DNA of 64,000 nt from Clostridia bacterium (GCA_017469445.1 JAFUGK010000008.1:1291-65290); one strand, 5' to 3'. Positions 52,068-62,813 are shown, numbered from the stretch's first letter. Numbers and translations: made by a program. The notes: generated by a model from the letters alone, not told the origin.

Positions 52068-52187
52068 TTAATCTTTTTTAATTAAAGATGCTGGCATTTT
52101 TGGTTGATGTAATAATCCAAATATCCAGCATGTAGTATTAGTTGATTTTGCATATTTTTCTGCTACTTTAGCTAAAAATTTTACCAT
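52068..52187 (-). CDS. agrD: AgrD cyclic (thiolactone) autoinducer propeptide, 39 aa, not in ORF track
   Basis: AAGGAGG RBS; MVKFLAKVAEKYAKSTNTTCWIFGLLHQPKMPASLIKKD; Cys followed by HQPKMP; directly after agrB. Confidence 0.9.
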   Translation of the reverse strand: MVKFLAKVAEKYAKSTNTTCWIFGLLHQPKMPASLIKKD

Positions 52188-52261
52188 AATAAATAGCCTC
52201 CTTTATTACTATATATAATTCAAAATACTTTGCCGGCATAAAGCACTTTGTATTACCAATT

Positions 52262-52876
52262 TTATTGCATACCATATAATTCATAGCCATATTTATTTTT
52301 AGTTATATTGTATGCAAATCTACTTATAGAAATACTTTGCATTATCATTCCTATAATAATTATATTTGAAATTATATTATATGGTATAAACACTGCTATA
52401 ATTAAACTTATAGTTAATGTTATATATGATAATTTTCTTTTTTTATTTCTTTCAGTTTTACTTATTATTGGAACATTTTCAGTATCTGCTGGTGCATATT
52501 TTTTGCACATCATCATACCAAATATCCATGTAACAAAAATTAGTACATACTTTATCCATATTGGTTCTAAAACCAAATTTTTACTTATAAATACATTTCC
52601 ACAATAAAATAATGTTGTTCCTATAATACATCCTATATGCGTTTTTAAATGAAAACCTCCAGAATATGTTTTGTATGGTAATATTAATATAAATGCAAGA
52701 AGAGTTAAAGGCCCTATTCCAAGTAAAAACGCTATTCCTATAAGTATAATTATTTTAGGCACTTCTCCTACAATTAACTGTAATCCAAAATTTGCAACCT
52801 CTAATTCTTCTTCACTTATGTTTGGGTTTTTCTGCTTGAGTATTTTCATTAAATATATACAAATTTTATCAATCAT
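52262..52876 (-). CDS. agrB: Accessory gene regulator B (AIP-processing protease)
   Basis: SGGFH..THIGC catalytic His/Cys, YAPADTEN.P, TMs. Confidence 0.92.
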   Translation of the reverse strand: MIDKICIYLMKILKQKNPNISEEELEVANFGLQLIVGEVPKIIILIGIAFLLGIGPLTLLAFILILPYKTYSGGFHLKTHIGCIIGTTLFYCGNVFISKNLVLEPIWIKYVLIFVTWIFGMMMCKKYAPADTENVPIISKTERNKKRKLSYITLTISLIIAVFIPYNIISNIIIIGMIMQSISISRFAYNITKNKYGYELYGMQ

Positions 52877-53039
52877 GTATTACCTCTTTTTTCTTTTCAA
52901 ATTTTATATTATCTTTTTTACATATTTTTAAAAATTATACTTAAGGTATACAATCTTACATATAAATTTGTATTTCGATTTTTATATACGTTTTTCTGCA
53001 TTTTATAAAATTAACATAAATTGCTTTCAAAAAAGCAAA

Positions 53040-53070
53040 AAAAATATAGACCTATTCGGTCTATATTTTT
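53040..53070 (-). terminator. Terminator of hup
   Basis: AAAAATATAGACC..GGTCTATATTTTT. Confidence 0.7.
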
Positions 53071-53100
53071 AATATGAATTCATACTAAGTATATCAATTC

Positions 53101-53379
53101 CTATTTTTTATTTACTAAATCTTTTAATGCTTTACCAGCTTTGAATACTGGAGCTTTAGATGCAGGTATTCTTATTTCTTCCTTAGTTTGTGGGTTTCTA
53201 CCTTTTCTAGCTGCTCTTTTTCTAACTTCAAAAGATCCAAATCCAACTAATTGAACTTTTTCTCCTTTTACTAGTGCTTTTGTTACAACATCTACAAATG
53301 CATTAACAGAAGCCTCTGCACTTTTCTTTGTGTCATTTGTTTTAGCAGCTATTGCTGCGATAAGTTCAGCTTTGTTCAT
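53101..53379 (-). CDS. hup: DNA-binding protein HU
   Basis: [35 protein letters not shown]. Confidence 0.97.
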   Translation of the reverse strand: MNKAELIAAIAAKTNDTKKSAEASVNAFVDVVTKALVKGEKVQLVGFGSFEVRKRAARKGRNPQTKEEIRIPASKAPVFKAGKALKDLVNKK

Positions 53380-53564
53380 TTAAACTACCTCCTAAAAATT
53401 TTGTTATATAGATTTTTCTCTATATATTACAATTTATTCGCCAAATTAAGATAAAATCCTTCTTTATTTTTAAAAATATTTTTTTCAATCTGTTTTCTCC
53501 GTAAGGTTTTAGATTAAAATCCATTAATTTTATTTTTTATTAAATATCTTGTATTTCACTTGTT

Positions 53565-55163
53565 TCAGCGTTTTTCAGTCTTTCTATTCCTTGAAAGCAT
53601 GTAAATTTCTTCCTTTGATAAAATTTTTAAAATTAATAAAAAAATTAAATAAATTATAACACCTATTCCTATCGAAATTATTGTTGCCATTTGTTCTTGA
53701 AATATACCATTCAAAAAATTATATATACAAAATGATATAACTGCCATCATGATTGTTGCAATTGTTGGCTTTACTAAAAATTTATTAAATTCTAAATTTA
53801 AACCTACATGCCTTTTTAAAACTATTATTTCTATAAAAAACACTATCATATTGCAAATTACCGAACCTATTGCAGCACCATAAACACCAAAATTGGGTAT
53901 TGGTATTAAAATTATATTTATTATTAATTTTGCAATTACTCCAAATACTAAAGAAATTGCAGGTACCATAGTTTTCCCAAATCCATGTAATGCACCATTT
54001 ATTGTTTGAGTAAGAAGTGTAAATACTAATGTTAATGAACTAATTTGAAGTAGCAATTCTCCTCTATTTGCATTTGGAAAGAGCAAATTTAATATTGGTT
54101 TTGCAAATATAAACATTCCAACTGTACATGGTAAGGCTATTAACATTGTAATTAATAAAGAATATTCTATTTTTTCTTTTGCTTTACCTATATTCCCTTG
54201 TGCCATTGCAGAAGATATTGATGGTACTAAAGCAGTTGCAAATGCTATATTAAATGCAAGTGGTAGAGCTATTAATGTATCCACTTTTCCAGAAAGTATT
54301 CCATACTGTGCTTTAGCAAGTTCATCTGACATAAAATTTTTTAGTCCAGATACTACTGTTACCGCATCTATATTCTTTGTTATAACTGTCATAAGTGAAC
54401 TTAGTGATATTGGAATTGAAGCTGATAATATTTTATAACCTATTTCTTTTATTCTAATTTTTTTATGATGTGTAGTAAATTTTATATCTGCTGCTATTTC
54501 ATTTTTTCTATTTGCATAGTACAAATATAAATAAGAAAAGCTAAAAAATGTTGAAAATGTAGTTGCCAAGTTTGCACCAGCAGCCATTAATATAGTGTTT
54601 GATGAAGATATTTTTGCAATAAATGCTACTATTGCTATTGTTAATGCTGTTTTAAAAAGCTGTTCTATTGTTTGTGAATTGGCTGTTGCTTTAAGATTTT
54701 GCCTTCCATTAAAATATCCCCTTATTACTGATGAAATTGAGACAAAAAATATAGATGGAGAAAGTGCTATTAATGTATATTCTGCTTCAGGAATTTGCAA
54801 CATTGTATTTGATATATATTTAGCATTATAAAATAATATTAATGTCCCTATTCCTCCTATAAAAGAAAATATTACAAATGCCACTTTAAAAATTCTATGT
54901 GCACCTTTTGCATCTCCTATTGCCAATCTTTCTGATACCAATTTAGAAATTGCATTTGGAACTCCTACGGAAGATAGTGTTAACAGCAATGCATATATTT
55001 GAAATCCACTACTATATATTGCGTTTCCACTATCTCCAAACCCTTCTTTATTTGTTAAATATAATTTATATACTAATCCTAATATCTTTATTAGTACTTG
55101 GGACATCATTATCGCAAATACTCCTTGCATAAAACTTTCTTTTTTTAAAACTTTCTTGCTCAT
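53565..55163 (-). CDS. SpoVB/MurJ-like MOP flippase (polysaccharide biosynthesis protein)
   Basis: KILGLVY, GVPNAISKLVSE, RGYFNG, SQTIEQ, about 14 TMs. Confidence 0.85.
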   Translation of the reverse strand: MSKKVLKKESFMQGVFAIMMSQVLIKILGLVYKLYLTNKEGFGDSGNAIYSSGFQIYALLLTLSSVGVPNAISKLVSERLAIGDAKGAHRIFKVAFVIFSFIGGIGTLILFYNAKYISNTMLQIPEAEYTLIALSPSIFFVSISSVIRGYFNGRQNLKATANSQTIEQLFKTALTIAIVAFIAKISSSNTILMAAGANLATTFSTFFSFSYLYLYYANRKNEIAADIKFTTHHKKIRIKEIGYKILSASIPISLSSLMTVITKNIDAVTVVSGLKNFMSDELAKAQYGILSGKVDTLIALPLAFNIAFATALVPSISSAMAQGNIGKAKEKIEYSLLITMLIALPCTVGMFIFAKPILNLLFPNANRGELLLQISSLTLVFTLLTQTINGALHGFGKTMVPAISLVFGVIAKLIINIILIPIPNFGVYGAAIGSVICNMIVFFIEIIVLKRHVGLNLEFNKFLVKPTIATIMMAVISFCIYNFLNGIFQEQMATIISIGIGVIIYLIFLLILKILSKEEIYMLSRNRKTEKR

Positions 55164-55377
55164 ACTTTTCCTTTCATATTTCTTTTAATTTATAATATGA
55201 GAAAATTTTTAATATTAGAAATTCTTTTACAATATTTTATATAGTAGTTGCAGGTAAAAAACTAAAATAAAATTTTTCATAAAATTCAAGAAAAGTCTTG
55301 TTTTTTTGCCCATTTTGTAGGATAATATAAGTGTACGGATATTTATATTTGAAGATAATTTGAAAGTGGTGAATATT

Positions 55378-57702
55378 TTGAAAATATTTGATAAATTTCT
55401 AAAATTTTTAGGCACAGATAGAAACACTTTTTTAACATATATATTAACATTAGTAACTATTTATCTAGTAATCGATAGATTTGTAGAATTGCTATTTTTA
55501 TGTTTTACTGGTATTTCTAATTCATATTGGGGGCCTATTACATACACATTAGCATTTGCGTGCCCTGTATTTGCATTTTTGTTTTCAGGTGCATCAAAAT
55601 TTGCTAATTCCCCACCAACAAAAGTAGCATTTTTCAATTTATATTGTATAGCTTTATATATATTAGTACTTTCAATGCTTGTAAGTTTTGCAAATAAATT
55701 TGCTTGGCTATTATTTATGTTAGTTCCAAACTATGCTGAAATAGTAACAGATTTTCCAGAACTAGTTGGTCCTGCTTTTACAGCTCTTGCAATTTACTTA
55801 CCTCTTACAACATTCTATCCTTTCTTTAAGAAGATATATACTTGGATAAATGATACTAAGGATATAAGAGATTCCATTGACGATTATGGTGGTATAGATT
55901 TATCTCCTGTTTCAGATGCTGTCGGTCCTTACACATGTGAAATTGAACTTTGTAGAGATAAAGATACTAATAAAATAGTAAAAATTCCAGAAGCAAAAAG
56001 ATTTGATTCTACATTAGTTGTTGGTATTTCTGGTATGGGTAAGACTGCACTTGTTTTTGACCCAATGATGGCACAAGATTTGGAGAAAAAATTCTTCTTT
56101 AAAGAGACTGGAAAAGAAATGGGATTTACTGCTTTAAAAACTGGAATTGCAAATTTAAATTGCCCATATGATAATGATTATATAAACAAGAACTTTTCTT
56201 TAGGTATGTTAACACCTACTGAAGGAAAAGAAAAACTATATAAAGCATATATGCGTAAAATGTTAAATAATGAGTCTGGTGAGCTTATATATAAAGATTT
56301 AGGTCTAACATATGTTGCACCAGATGCAGAAGAAGCAAAAATAATTGTAGATGTGGCAAATAATTTTAATATTCCAGTTAACTATATCGATCCTGCTAAT
56401 TTAACATCAATTGGATTAAATCCTTTTGTATATGATGATCCTGTTAAAGTAGCATTGATAGTATCTTCTATATTAAGAAGTATGTCTAATATATCTGCTT
56501 ATGATGTTGTAGAAGATACAAGGGCTGAAAATATAACATCACAAATTGTAGAGAATTTATCTATTTTACTTAAAGAATACTATCCACATAAAAAAGATGG
56601 TGTGTTACCTAATTTAGAAGATTTATATAAGTTAATGAATAATTTTGATTTAATCGAAAATATGTGTGAAGAAATAAAAGCTATTCCAGAGCTTGCAGAA
56701 AAATATAATATTCAACTTGCATTTCTAAAAAGGAACTTCTATGCTAGTTCTTCTGCAAGAGATGATATGGCAAAAAGCTTAGCTTCTGCCATAAGCCAAT
56801 TAGATAGTTTATTAAGACATCCTGGTGTAAAAAGCATATTATGTAATAGAACAAATAACATTAATTTTGATAATGCTTTAAGAAATGGTGAAGTAACTAT
56901 AGTATGCACAAGACGTGGTGATTTAGGAGCTAGAGTTCATAAAGCATTTGGATTATTCTTCTTAATGTTAATGCAACATTCAGTTCTTACAAGACCTGGA
57001 AATGACAAAACAAGAATACCTCATTATTTATATATTGATGATTTTTACAATTTTATATGTTCTTCAACAGAACCTATATTTACAGTATATAGAAAATACA
57101 AAGTTGCGACAATATTATCTGCACAAAACTTAACTCAACTTGAAGGAGACAGTAAAAACGAAAATTATAAGAAAACTATCCTTACAAACTGTGCAAATAA
57201 AATTGTATTTGGAGATGGTGATCCTAAAGATAATGAATGGTGGGAAGATGAATTCGGTCAAAAAAGAGAATGGCAATGGAGTAGTAACTATAATCTTGAG
57301 GATGGAAAAGTTGGTTATGATCCAAAACTAAACGGAATAAAATATGCTTGGACAGCTAATGTAAATAAAGGAAAACTAAAATCTATTAAATTTAAGAATT
57401 GTGCTTACAAAATAAAGCAAATGAATGGTAGATTTATAGCAAATGAAGGTAAACTAGATTTCTTACAATCTAAGTATAAAGAACCTCACAATGGTAAAAC
57501 ATTTAATTTTTCAAAATTTACACCTGGTATGCATGAAAGCGAAAAAGATAAAAATAAGAAACTTAAATTTAATTACAAATCTGTAGATTTTGATTCTGAT
57601 TTAGAAGTTGATCCTATTCAAACAGATACTTCTGATTTAGACCATTTATTTGATAACGAAAATGCAATAACATTTAATATTAAGAATAATTCTAATGGAT
57701 AA
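55378..57702 (+). CDS. VirD4/TraG-like type IV coupling ATPase
   Basis: N-terminal TMs, Walker A GISGMGKT, Walker B YIDDF, RKYKV..ILSAQNLTQL, ILTNCANKIVFG; start uncertain (55360-55378). Confidence 0.8.
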   Translation: MKIFDKFLKFLGTDRNTFLTYILTLVTIYLVIDRFVELLFLCFTGISNSYWGPITYTLAFACPVFAFLFSGASKFANSPPTKVAFFNLYCIALYILVLSMLVSFANKFAWLLFMLVPNYAEIVTDFPELVGPAFTALAIYLPLTTFYPFFKKIYTWINDTKDIRDSIDDYGGIDLSPVSDAVGPYTCEIELCRDKDTNKIVKIPEAKRFDSTLVVGISGMGKTALVFDPMMAQDLEKKFFFKETGKEMGFTALKTGIANLNCPYDNDYINKNFSLGMLTPTEGKEKLYKAYMRKMLNNESGELIYKDLGLTYVAPDAEEAKIIVDVANNFNIPVNYIDPANLTSIGLNPFVYDDPVKVALIVSSILRSMSNISAYDVVEDTRAENITSQIVENLSILLKEYYPHKKDGVLPNLEDLYKLMNNFDLIENMCEEIKAIPELAEKYNIQLAFLKRNFYASSSARDDMAKSLASAISQLDSLLRHPGVKSILCNRTNNINFDNALRNGEVTIVCTRRGDLGARVHKAFGLFFLMLMQHSVLTRPGNDKTRIPHYLYIDDFYNFICSSTEPIFTVYRKYKVATILSAQNLTQLEGDSKNENYKKTILTNCANKIVFGDGDPKDNEWWEDEFGQKREWQWSSNYNLEDGKVGYDPKLNGIKYAWTANVNKGKLKSIKFKNCAYKIKQMNGRFIANEGKLDFLQSKYKEPHNGKTFNFSKFTPGMHESEKDKNKKLKFNYKSVDFDSDLEVDPIQTDTSDLDHLFDNENAITFNIKNNSNG

Positions 57703-57710
57703 GTTAATAG

Positions 57711-57794
57711 AAGGAGCTGCTTTAAGGGACACCTACCAAAAACATCTTAGATTTTTAAGATGTTTTTGGTAGGTGTCCCTTAAAGCAGCTCCTT
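57711..57794. repeat. Perfect 39-bp inverted repeat / bidirectional terminator
   Basis: AAGGAGCTGCTTTAAGGGACACCTACCAAAAACATCTTA, 6-nt loop, exact reverse complement. Confidence 0.85.
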
Positions 57795-57807
57795 TTCATT
57801 ATTCTTT

Positions 57808-58746
57808 TTATCCCAATAATTTTACTTCTCCTGTTTCCATTTTATACTTTCCAGTCTTTTCATCTAGTTTAAATTCTGTTAATGATGTTGATAGAGATTC
57901 ATTATTTTGTTTTAAATCTGTTGAAAAATATAATTTTATTTTTGGTATTTCTAATTTATTTGTTACTATTTCTTTAAATGTTTCTACCATGTGCTTATCA
58001 TCTTCACATATAAATATTAATTGAGGTATTCTTTCAAATCCTGAATCCATTGCTACAAAGTTTTCATAGAAATCCTTATATAATTTCATTTTTTCTACTA
58101 ATCTATCTTTCCAATCTTCTTCTCTTCTAACTACCTCAAATAAGAAATCTATTGTTTTATTATTCTTTCCTAGTTTTATGCTACCACCTGTTGCTTTAAA
58201 AGTTTTTCCTGCTTGTTTTGCCTTCAAATATGGTTTTACAGTATAAGATTCAAATGCACTTACTTTTCTTAAATATGCAATCAAAACTTGATTACCTGCA
58301 AGTCTTTTCTTTATTAGTGAAACTGGTTTTGCATTATCTGTTGGTTGCCACTTTGTTTCGATTCCTCTTGAATTTAATAAGTATTTTCCCATCTTTTCTA
58401 AGCAATATACTCTATAAATACAATTTCCTTCTTCAGATGTAAAATAATATCTTGTTAATATTTTACATTTTACAAGTTGATCCAATTTATTATTTAGCTT
58501 ATCTTGTGATGCAACTTCTATTTTTAAAGTTTCTAACATTTGATATAACTGCCTTGATGTTATAAATTCAAATTCATTTACTAATTCCAATATTTTAAAA
58601 TGTAAATCATTTATATGTCCTATATTTATTCTATGCATAATTTGATTCATTGAAACATATTTATCGTTCCCATCAAATTTTTTTAGTTCCCCTTCTCTTA
58701 CTGCAAATGGTGACACATTAGCTTTTATTTCTATATCTTCAACCAT
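57808..58746 (-). CDS. Replication-relaxation (Replic_Relax)-like protein
   Basis: wHTH-like IL..V....FITSRQL..KL..L....L...Y.L...G, then FEV.R..LVEKMKLY..PQLIFICE pattern. Confidence 0.6.
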   Translation of the reverse strand: MVEDIEIKANVSPFAVREGELKKFDGNDKYVSMNQIMHRINIGHINDLHFKILELVNEFEFITSRQLYQMLETLKIEVASQDKLNNKLDQLVKCKILTRYYFTSEEGNCIYRVYCLEKMGKYLLNSRGIETKWQPTDNAKPVSLIKKRLAGNQVLIAYLRKVSAFESYTVKPYLKAKQAGKTFKATGGSIKLGKNNKTIDFLFEVVRREEDWKDRLVEKMKLYKDFYENFVAMDSGFERIPQLIFICEDDKHMVETFKEIVTNKLEIPKIKLYFSTDLKQNNESLSTSLTEFKLDEKTGKYKMETGEVKLLG

Positions 58747-58850
58747 TATTATTCCTCCTTGCTTAAATAATTATATTTAAACTCTTATAATATTTATATT
58801 TTATCACAATTATATTATTTTGTCTATTCATTAATATAGTGTTATTCTTA

Positions 58851-59585
58851 TTAAAGTTTTGCAGACTTTATTTGCAATAATTGATAAATTTCATCTTTTT
58901 TTAAATATCTCCATGTGCCTAATTTTAAATCTTTTACACCTATATTTCCTATCTTACTTCTGTGTAATGCTATTACATTTTTCCCTATTGCCTCAAACAT
59001 TTTTCTAACTTGCCTATTTCTTCCTTCATGTATTATAACCTCTATTCTTGTTATGTTCTTCTCTTCTTCTCTTTTTAAGAATCTTAATTTTGCCTTACTT
59101 GTTAATTTTCCATCTATTTCTACCCCATTTGCAATCTTATCTAATTCTTCTTTAGTAATAGTTCCTCTAATTGTTACATTATATGTTTTTTCAATTTCAT
59201 GTTTTGGATGTGTAACTTTATACACAAATTCTCCATCATTTGTCAATATCAAAGCTCCAGATGTATACATATCTAATCTTCCAACAGGCACTATCCTTTC
59301 ATGAACTTTAACTAAATCTAAAACTGTATCTCTTGAAAATTGATCTCTTGCCGTTGTTACATAACCTATTGGTTTATTTAGTAAAATATATACCTTTTCT
59401 TCTTCTTCATGAATTTCTTTTCCATTGTATTCTACTTTATCTTTAGCTGGATTTATCTTTGTTCCAAGCTCCACTACTTGAATTCCATTTACATATATTT
59501 TTCCTTCAAGTATTAGTTCTTCTGCTTTTCGTCTAGATGCAATTCCACACATTGCTAAATACTTTTGTAATCTAATTTCTTCCAT
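58851..59585 (-). CDS. rluB: rRNA pseudouridine synthase RluB
   Basis: S4 domain RLQKYLA.CG.ASRR, PVGRLD, EGRNRQVRKM. Confidence 0.9.
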   Translation of the reverse strand: MEEIRLQKYLAMCGIASRRKAEELILEGKIYVNGIQVVELGTKINPAKDKVEYNGKEIHEEEEKVYILLNKPIGYVTTARDQFSRDTVLDLVKVHERIVPVGRLDMYTSGALILTNDGEFVYKVTHPKHEIEKTYNVTIRGTITKEELDKIANGVEIDGKLTSKAKLRFLKREEEKNITRIEVIIHEGRNRQVRKMFEAIGKNVIALHRSKIGNIGVKDLKLGTWRYLKKDEIYQLLQIKSAKL

Positions 59586-59611
59586 TATATCTCCTCTGTA
59601 TTTTTTAATAA

Positions 59612-60520
59612 TTATTTTCTAAGCTCTTTTATAACATTCTCAAAATACTCTGGCAAAGGCGCTTCTAAAGTCATTTTTTTATTTGTAGTTGGATGATTAA
59701 ATTCCAATTTTTTTGCATGAAGGCATTGACCTACTATTCCAAATGGGTTTTTACCATTTGAATATACATAATCTCCAACAACTGGATAACCAATTTCAGC
59801 TAAATGTACTCTTATTTGATGAGTTCTTCCTGTATCAATTTTTATTTCTAATAAGCTAAAACCTTCACTATATCTTTCTAGTACTTTAAAATGAGTAATT
59901 GCTTCTTTTCCATTTCTTACTACTGCCATTTTTATTCTGTCTTTTGGGCTTCTAGCTATTGGCATATTAATCGTTGCTTCGTTTTCCTTAACAATTCCTC
60001 TTACTAATGCAATATATGTCTTTTTAACCTCTCTATTTTTTATCTGATTACTTAAATTAATATGTGCTAAATCATTTTTAGCAACTATTATTATTCCAGA
60101 AGTATCTTTGTCTAATCTATGCACTATTCCTGGTCTGATTTCTCCCCCTATACCAGAAAGGCTTCCTTTACATTTTGCCATAACTGCATTTGCTAAAGTT
60201 CCGTCAGGATTGCCATTTCCTGGATGTACTATCATACCTTTAGGTTTATTTATTACAATAATATCATTATCTTCATATATAACATTTAGTGGTATTTCTT
60301 GTGCTTTAATTTTCTCATCTTTAGGCTCTTCTTCTTCAATTTCGATTACATCCCCACTTTGTATTTTATATGAAGTTTTTACACTATTATTATTTACATT
60401 TATTTTTTTTTCTTCTAAAAGTCTTTGCACTGCAGTTCTAGAAACAACTACTCCTATCTCATTTAAGTATTTATCTATTCTATTTCCCTCTTCTGCTTTA
60501 TTTACTATTATTTTCTTCAA
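59612..60520 (-). CDS. rluD: RluA/RluD family pseudouridine synthase
   Basis: S4 domain, NKPKG..VHP, RPGIVHRLDKDTSG, TGRTHQIRVH. Confidence 0.92.
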   Translation of the reverse strand: MKKIIVNKAEEGNRIDKYLNEIGVVVSRTAVQRLLEEKKINVNNNSVKTSYKIQSGDVIEIEEEEPKDEKIKAQEIPLNVIYEDNDIIVINKPKGMIVHPGNGNPDGTLANAVMAKCKGSLSGIGGEIRPGIVHRLDKDTSGIIIVAKNDLAHINLSNQIKNREVKKTYIALVRGIVKENEATINMPIARSPKDRIKMAVVRNGKEAITHFKVLERYSEGFSLLEIKIDTGRTHQIRVHLAEIGYPVVGDYVYSNGKNPFGIVGQCLHAKKLEFNHPTTNKKMTLEAPLPEYFENVIKELRK

Positions 60521-61019
60521 TTTTACCATCCACTTTTTCATTTTTTAATTTTATAGTAGAAACACTAATTAATGCTACAAACCAAATCCAACCTACTATT
60601 ATTAATAAATCTGCTAAATTAAATACTGGAAATTTAAATATAGGTGATATATCTATATAATCCACTACATAGCCTCTAAATATCCTATCTAACAAATTGC
60701 TTATTCCACCACCTAGTATTAATGTAAGTGCTACAAGTGTTGCAACTCCTATTCTATCTTTTTGTGTTATTATGAATCTTACTATTATTCCTATTACCAT
60801 AGCATTAACTAATATAAATGTAAATAAATCATTTTGTCCTATTCCAAATGCACCACCTGTATTTTCTACATATGTTATATTTATAGCATTCTCTATAAGA
60901 CTTATACTTCCTATTTCTTTATAATTATCCATTATATAAATTTTTAACACTTGCTCTATTATTACAATTAGTACTATTGCAATAATTAGAATTATATATC
61001 TGAAATTTTCCTTTTTCAT
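60498..61019 (-). CDS. lspA: Lipoprotein signal peptidase II
   Basis: NTGGAFG, GG.SNLLDRI..GYVVDYI, PVFNLAD. Confidence 0.93.
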   Translation of the reverse strand: MKKENFRYIILIIAIVLIVIIEQVLKIYIMDNYKEIGSISLIENAINITYVENTGGAFGIGQNDLFTFILVNAMVIGIIVRFIITQKDRIGVATLVALTLILGGGISNLLDRIFRGYVVDYIDISPIFKFPVFNLADLLIIVGWIWFVALISVSTIKLKNEKVDGKIEENNSK

Positions 61020-61062
61020 CTCTACCTCTTTTGCTAAAGTTAATCAATTGCATATACGCCAA

Positions 61063-62706
61063 TTATTTTTCAAGCAATTTCTCGTATATTCTAAAGTAAT
61101 TATCTTCATACAATAAATTATAATTAGAATCCCTTGATACCATCATATCCAATCTGCAATTCTTATATATAAATAAATGTGTTATTTCCGGGTATTTAGA
61201 TAATGTATCTTCATACCAATGTCCCATGGTTGTCAAGCTCATGAAGTCTGAAAATATATCTCTTTTTTTAACGGTATCAAACTGAGGTGTGTACAAATCA
61301 GCTCTAGAATCTACAAATACCGGTATATTTCTAAAAATTAAGTAACTTCCAAAATTATATTCATTATATAATTTTAAATTTTCTAAATCTAAATTTTCTA
61401 TTATATAATCACATGCTGCAACAGGATATTCTGTTTCGTCTATAAATCTATTATTAATTTTTTCTTTAATAAAAGGTATGCACATTACAAGTACTAATAA
61501 TAACATTGCTAATATTCCTAGTGGCTTTTGACATTTCTGTATAAATTTTTCACAACCATCTTTATCATATTTATTAGCCAAATAAACAATGAAGCTATTT
61601 AGTGTGATTAATCCAATTAGCATAAACATAGATAATTGTCTTCTTTGCATTAATGATAGTAATAAAAGTCCTCCAAGCATAAATAAATCTTTTAGTCTTA
61701 TTTTAACATCTGTGAATATTAAAATTGCAAAAAATAGTGTAATTGTAATTAGTTGTGGCTTTGCAGCTATTAATACTAGTGGTAAATGTTCGTTTATACT
61801 TTGAGTTGTATTTCCTTGCATTGTTTTTACTAAGTACGTATATGGTGTATCTCCAAGTGGTGTCATAAAACCTGTCAATACACAAATTAGCATTATTATA
61901 ATAAGCCATTTAACATTTTTATTTTTCTCTACTTCTAATTTGTGTATTTTGTTTTTGCCTTTTTCTCTTTTAACATCCGCATTTTTAATAGTTGTTTGTA
62001 GCTTTTCTAATTTCAATTCTAATTTATATTTTTTCTTTTCAGTTATTTTTTTATTTTCTAAACTTTTACTAATTCTTTTAACTTTCAATTTTCGCAAAAA
62101 TGCTATCGTGTCTGGTATGAGTGAAATTATATATTCTCCTATATATGGCATAAATAGGACAAAATAAAATGGAAATACTGCAGAATGTATGTTAGCTATA
62201 ATTATTGGAAGTATGATCAAACCTATTGCAAATCTTTTCTTTTTAGTTTGTAAAAATCTTTCTATAAAAAATACTTCTAATAAAAATATTGTAAACGTAA
62301 CAAGTTGAGCTCTAGCTGCTATATATGGTGCCATTAAATATATAAACGCTAACGTTAATATAAATGAAGTTAATTTGTTTTTATTTAGCTTACAATTTAC
62401 TAGAAACCATGTAATTGATAAAATTATTGTAAATATAGCAGTTGAAACATATATTCCAAATAATCCACCTATATTATATATATTTGCCATTAACACATCA
62501 TAAGCCCAATGTGGAAATGTATATGGTAATTCTTCATGCCATGAAAATGGATCATATTGCCCTATTCCATTTTCCATAATGTATTGCCCTATTTTAATTG
62601 TATAAAAAGTATCATTCTGTAACGTAATTGGTGTCATTGCTACAGCAAATATTATAATGCAAATTATTGCCATGATCATAAATACTATTTCTTTATTTTT
62701 TTTCAT
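61063..62706 (-). CDS. Polytopic membrane protein, possibly GT-C-type glycosyltransferase
   Basis: About 11 TMs, first-loop ND..Y..K.G..I...DPFSW motif, C-terminal FVDSRADLY. Confidence 0.6.
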   Translation of the reverse strand: MKKNKEIVFMIMAIICIIIFAVAMTPITLQNDTFYTIKIGQYIMENGIGQYDPFSWHEELPYTFPHWAYDVLMANIYNIGGLFGIYVSTAIFTIILSITWFLVNCKLNKNKLTSFILTLAFIYLMAPYIAARAQLVTFTIFLLEVFFIERFLQTKKKRFAIGLIILPIIIANIHSAVFPFYFVLFMPYIGEYIISLIPDTIAFLRKLKVKRISKSLENKKITEKKKYKLELKLEKLQTTIKNADVKREKGKNKIHKLEVEKNKNVKWLIIIMLICVLTGFMTPLGDTPYTYLVKTMQGNTTQSINEHLPLVLIAAKPQLITITLFFAILIFTDVKIRLKDLFMLGGLLLLSLMQRRQLSMFMLIGLITLNSFIVYLANKYDKDGCEKFIQKCQKPLGILAMLLLVLVMCIPFIKEKINNRFIDETEYPVAACDYIIENLDLENLKLYNEYNFGSYLIFRNIPVFVDSRADLYTPQFDTVKKRDIFSDFMSLTTMGHWYEDTLSKYPEITHLFIYKNCRLDMMVSRDSNYNLLYEDNYFRIYEKLLEK

Positions 62707-62813
62707 TTTTTGTGCTCCCTTAAGTTAAATTTCTTTTTAAATACTATCATAATTTTACAAAGTATGCAACATAAAATTTATGGTTTTTGCACCTTCGAAA
62801 TTATATCCAAGTT

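Noticed and set aside
49800-53000. LytTR direct-repeat binding sites for AgrA
   Set aside because: No convincing 9-10 bp direct repeats with 21-22 bp periodicity found by eye upstream of agrA or agrB
55200-58850. Intact ICE or integrated plasmid
   Set aside because: No integrase, VirB4, cell-wall hydrolase or att repeats; flanks are housekeeping genes
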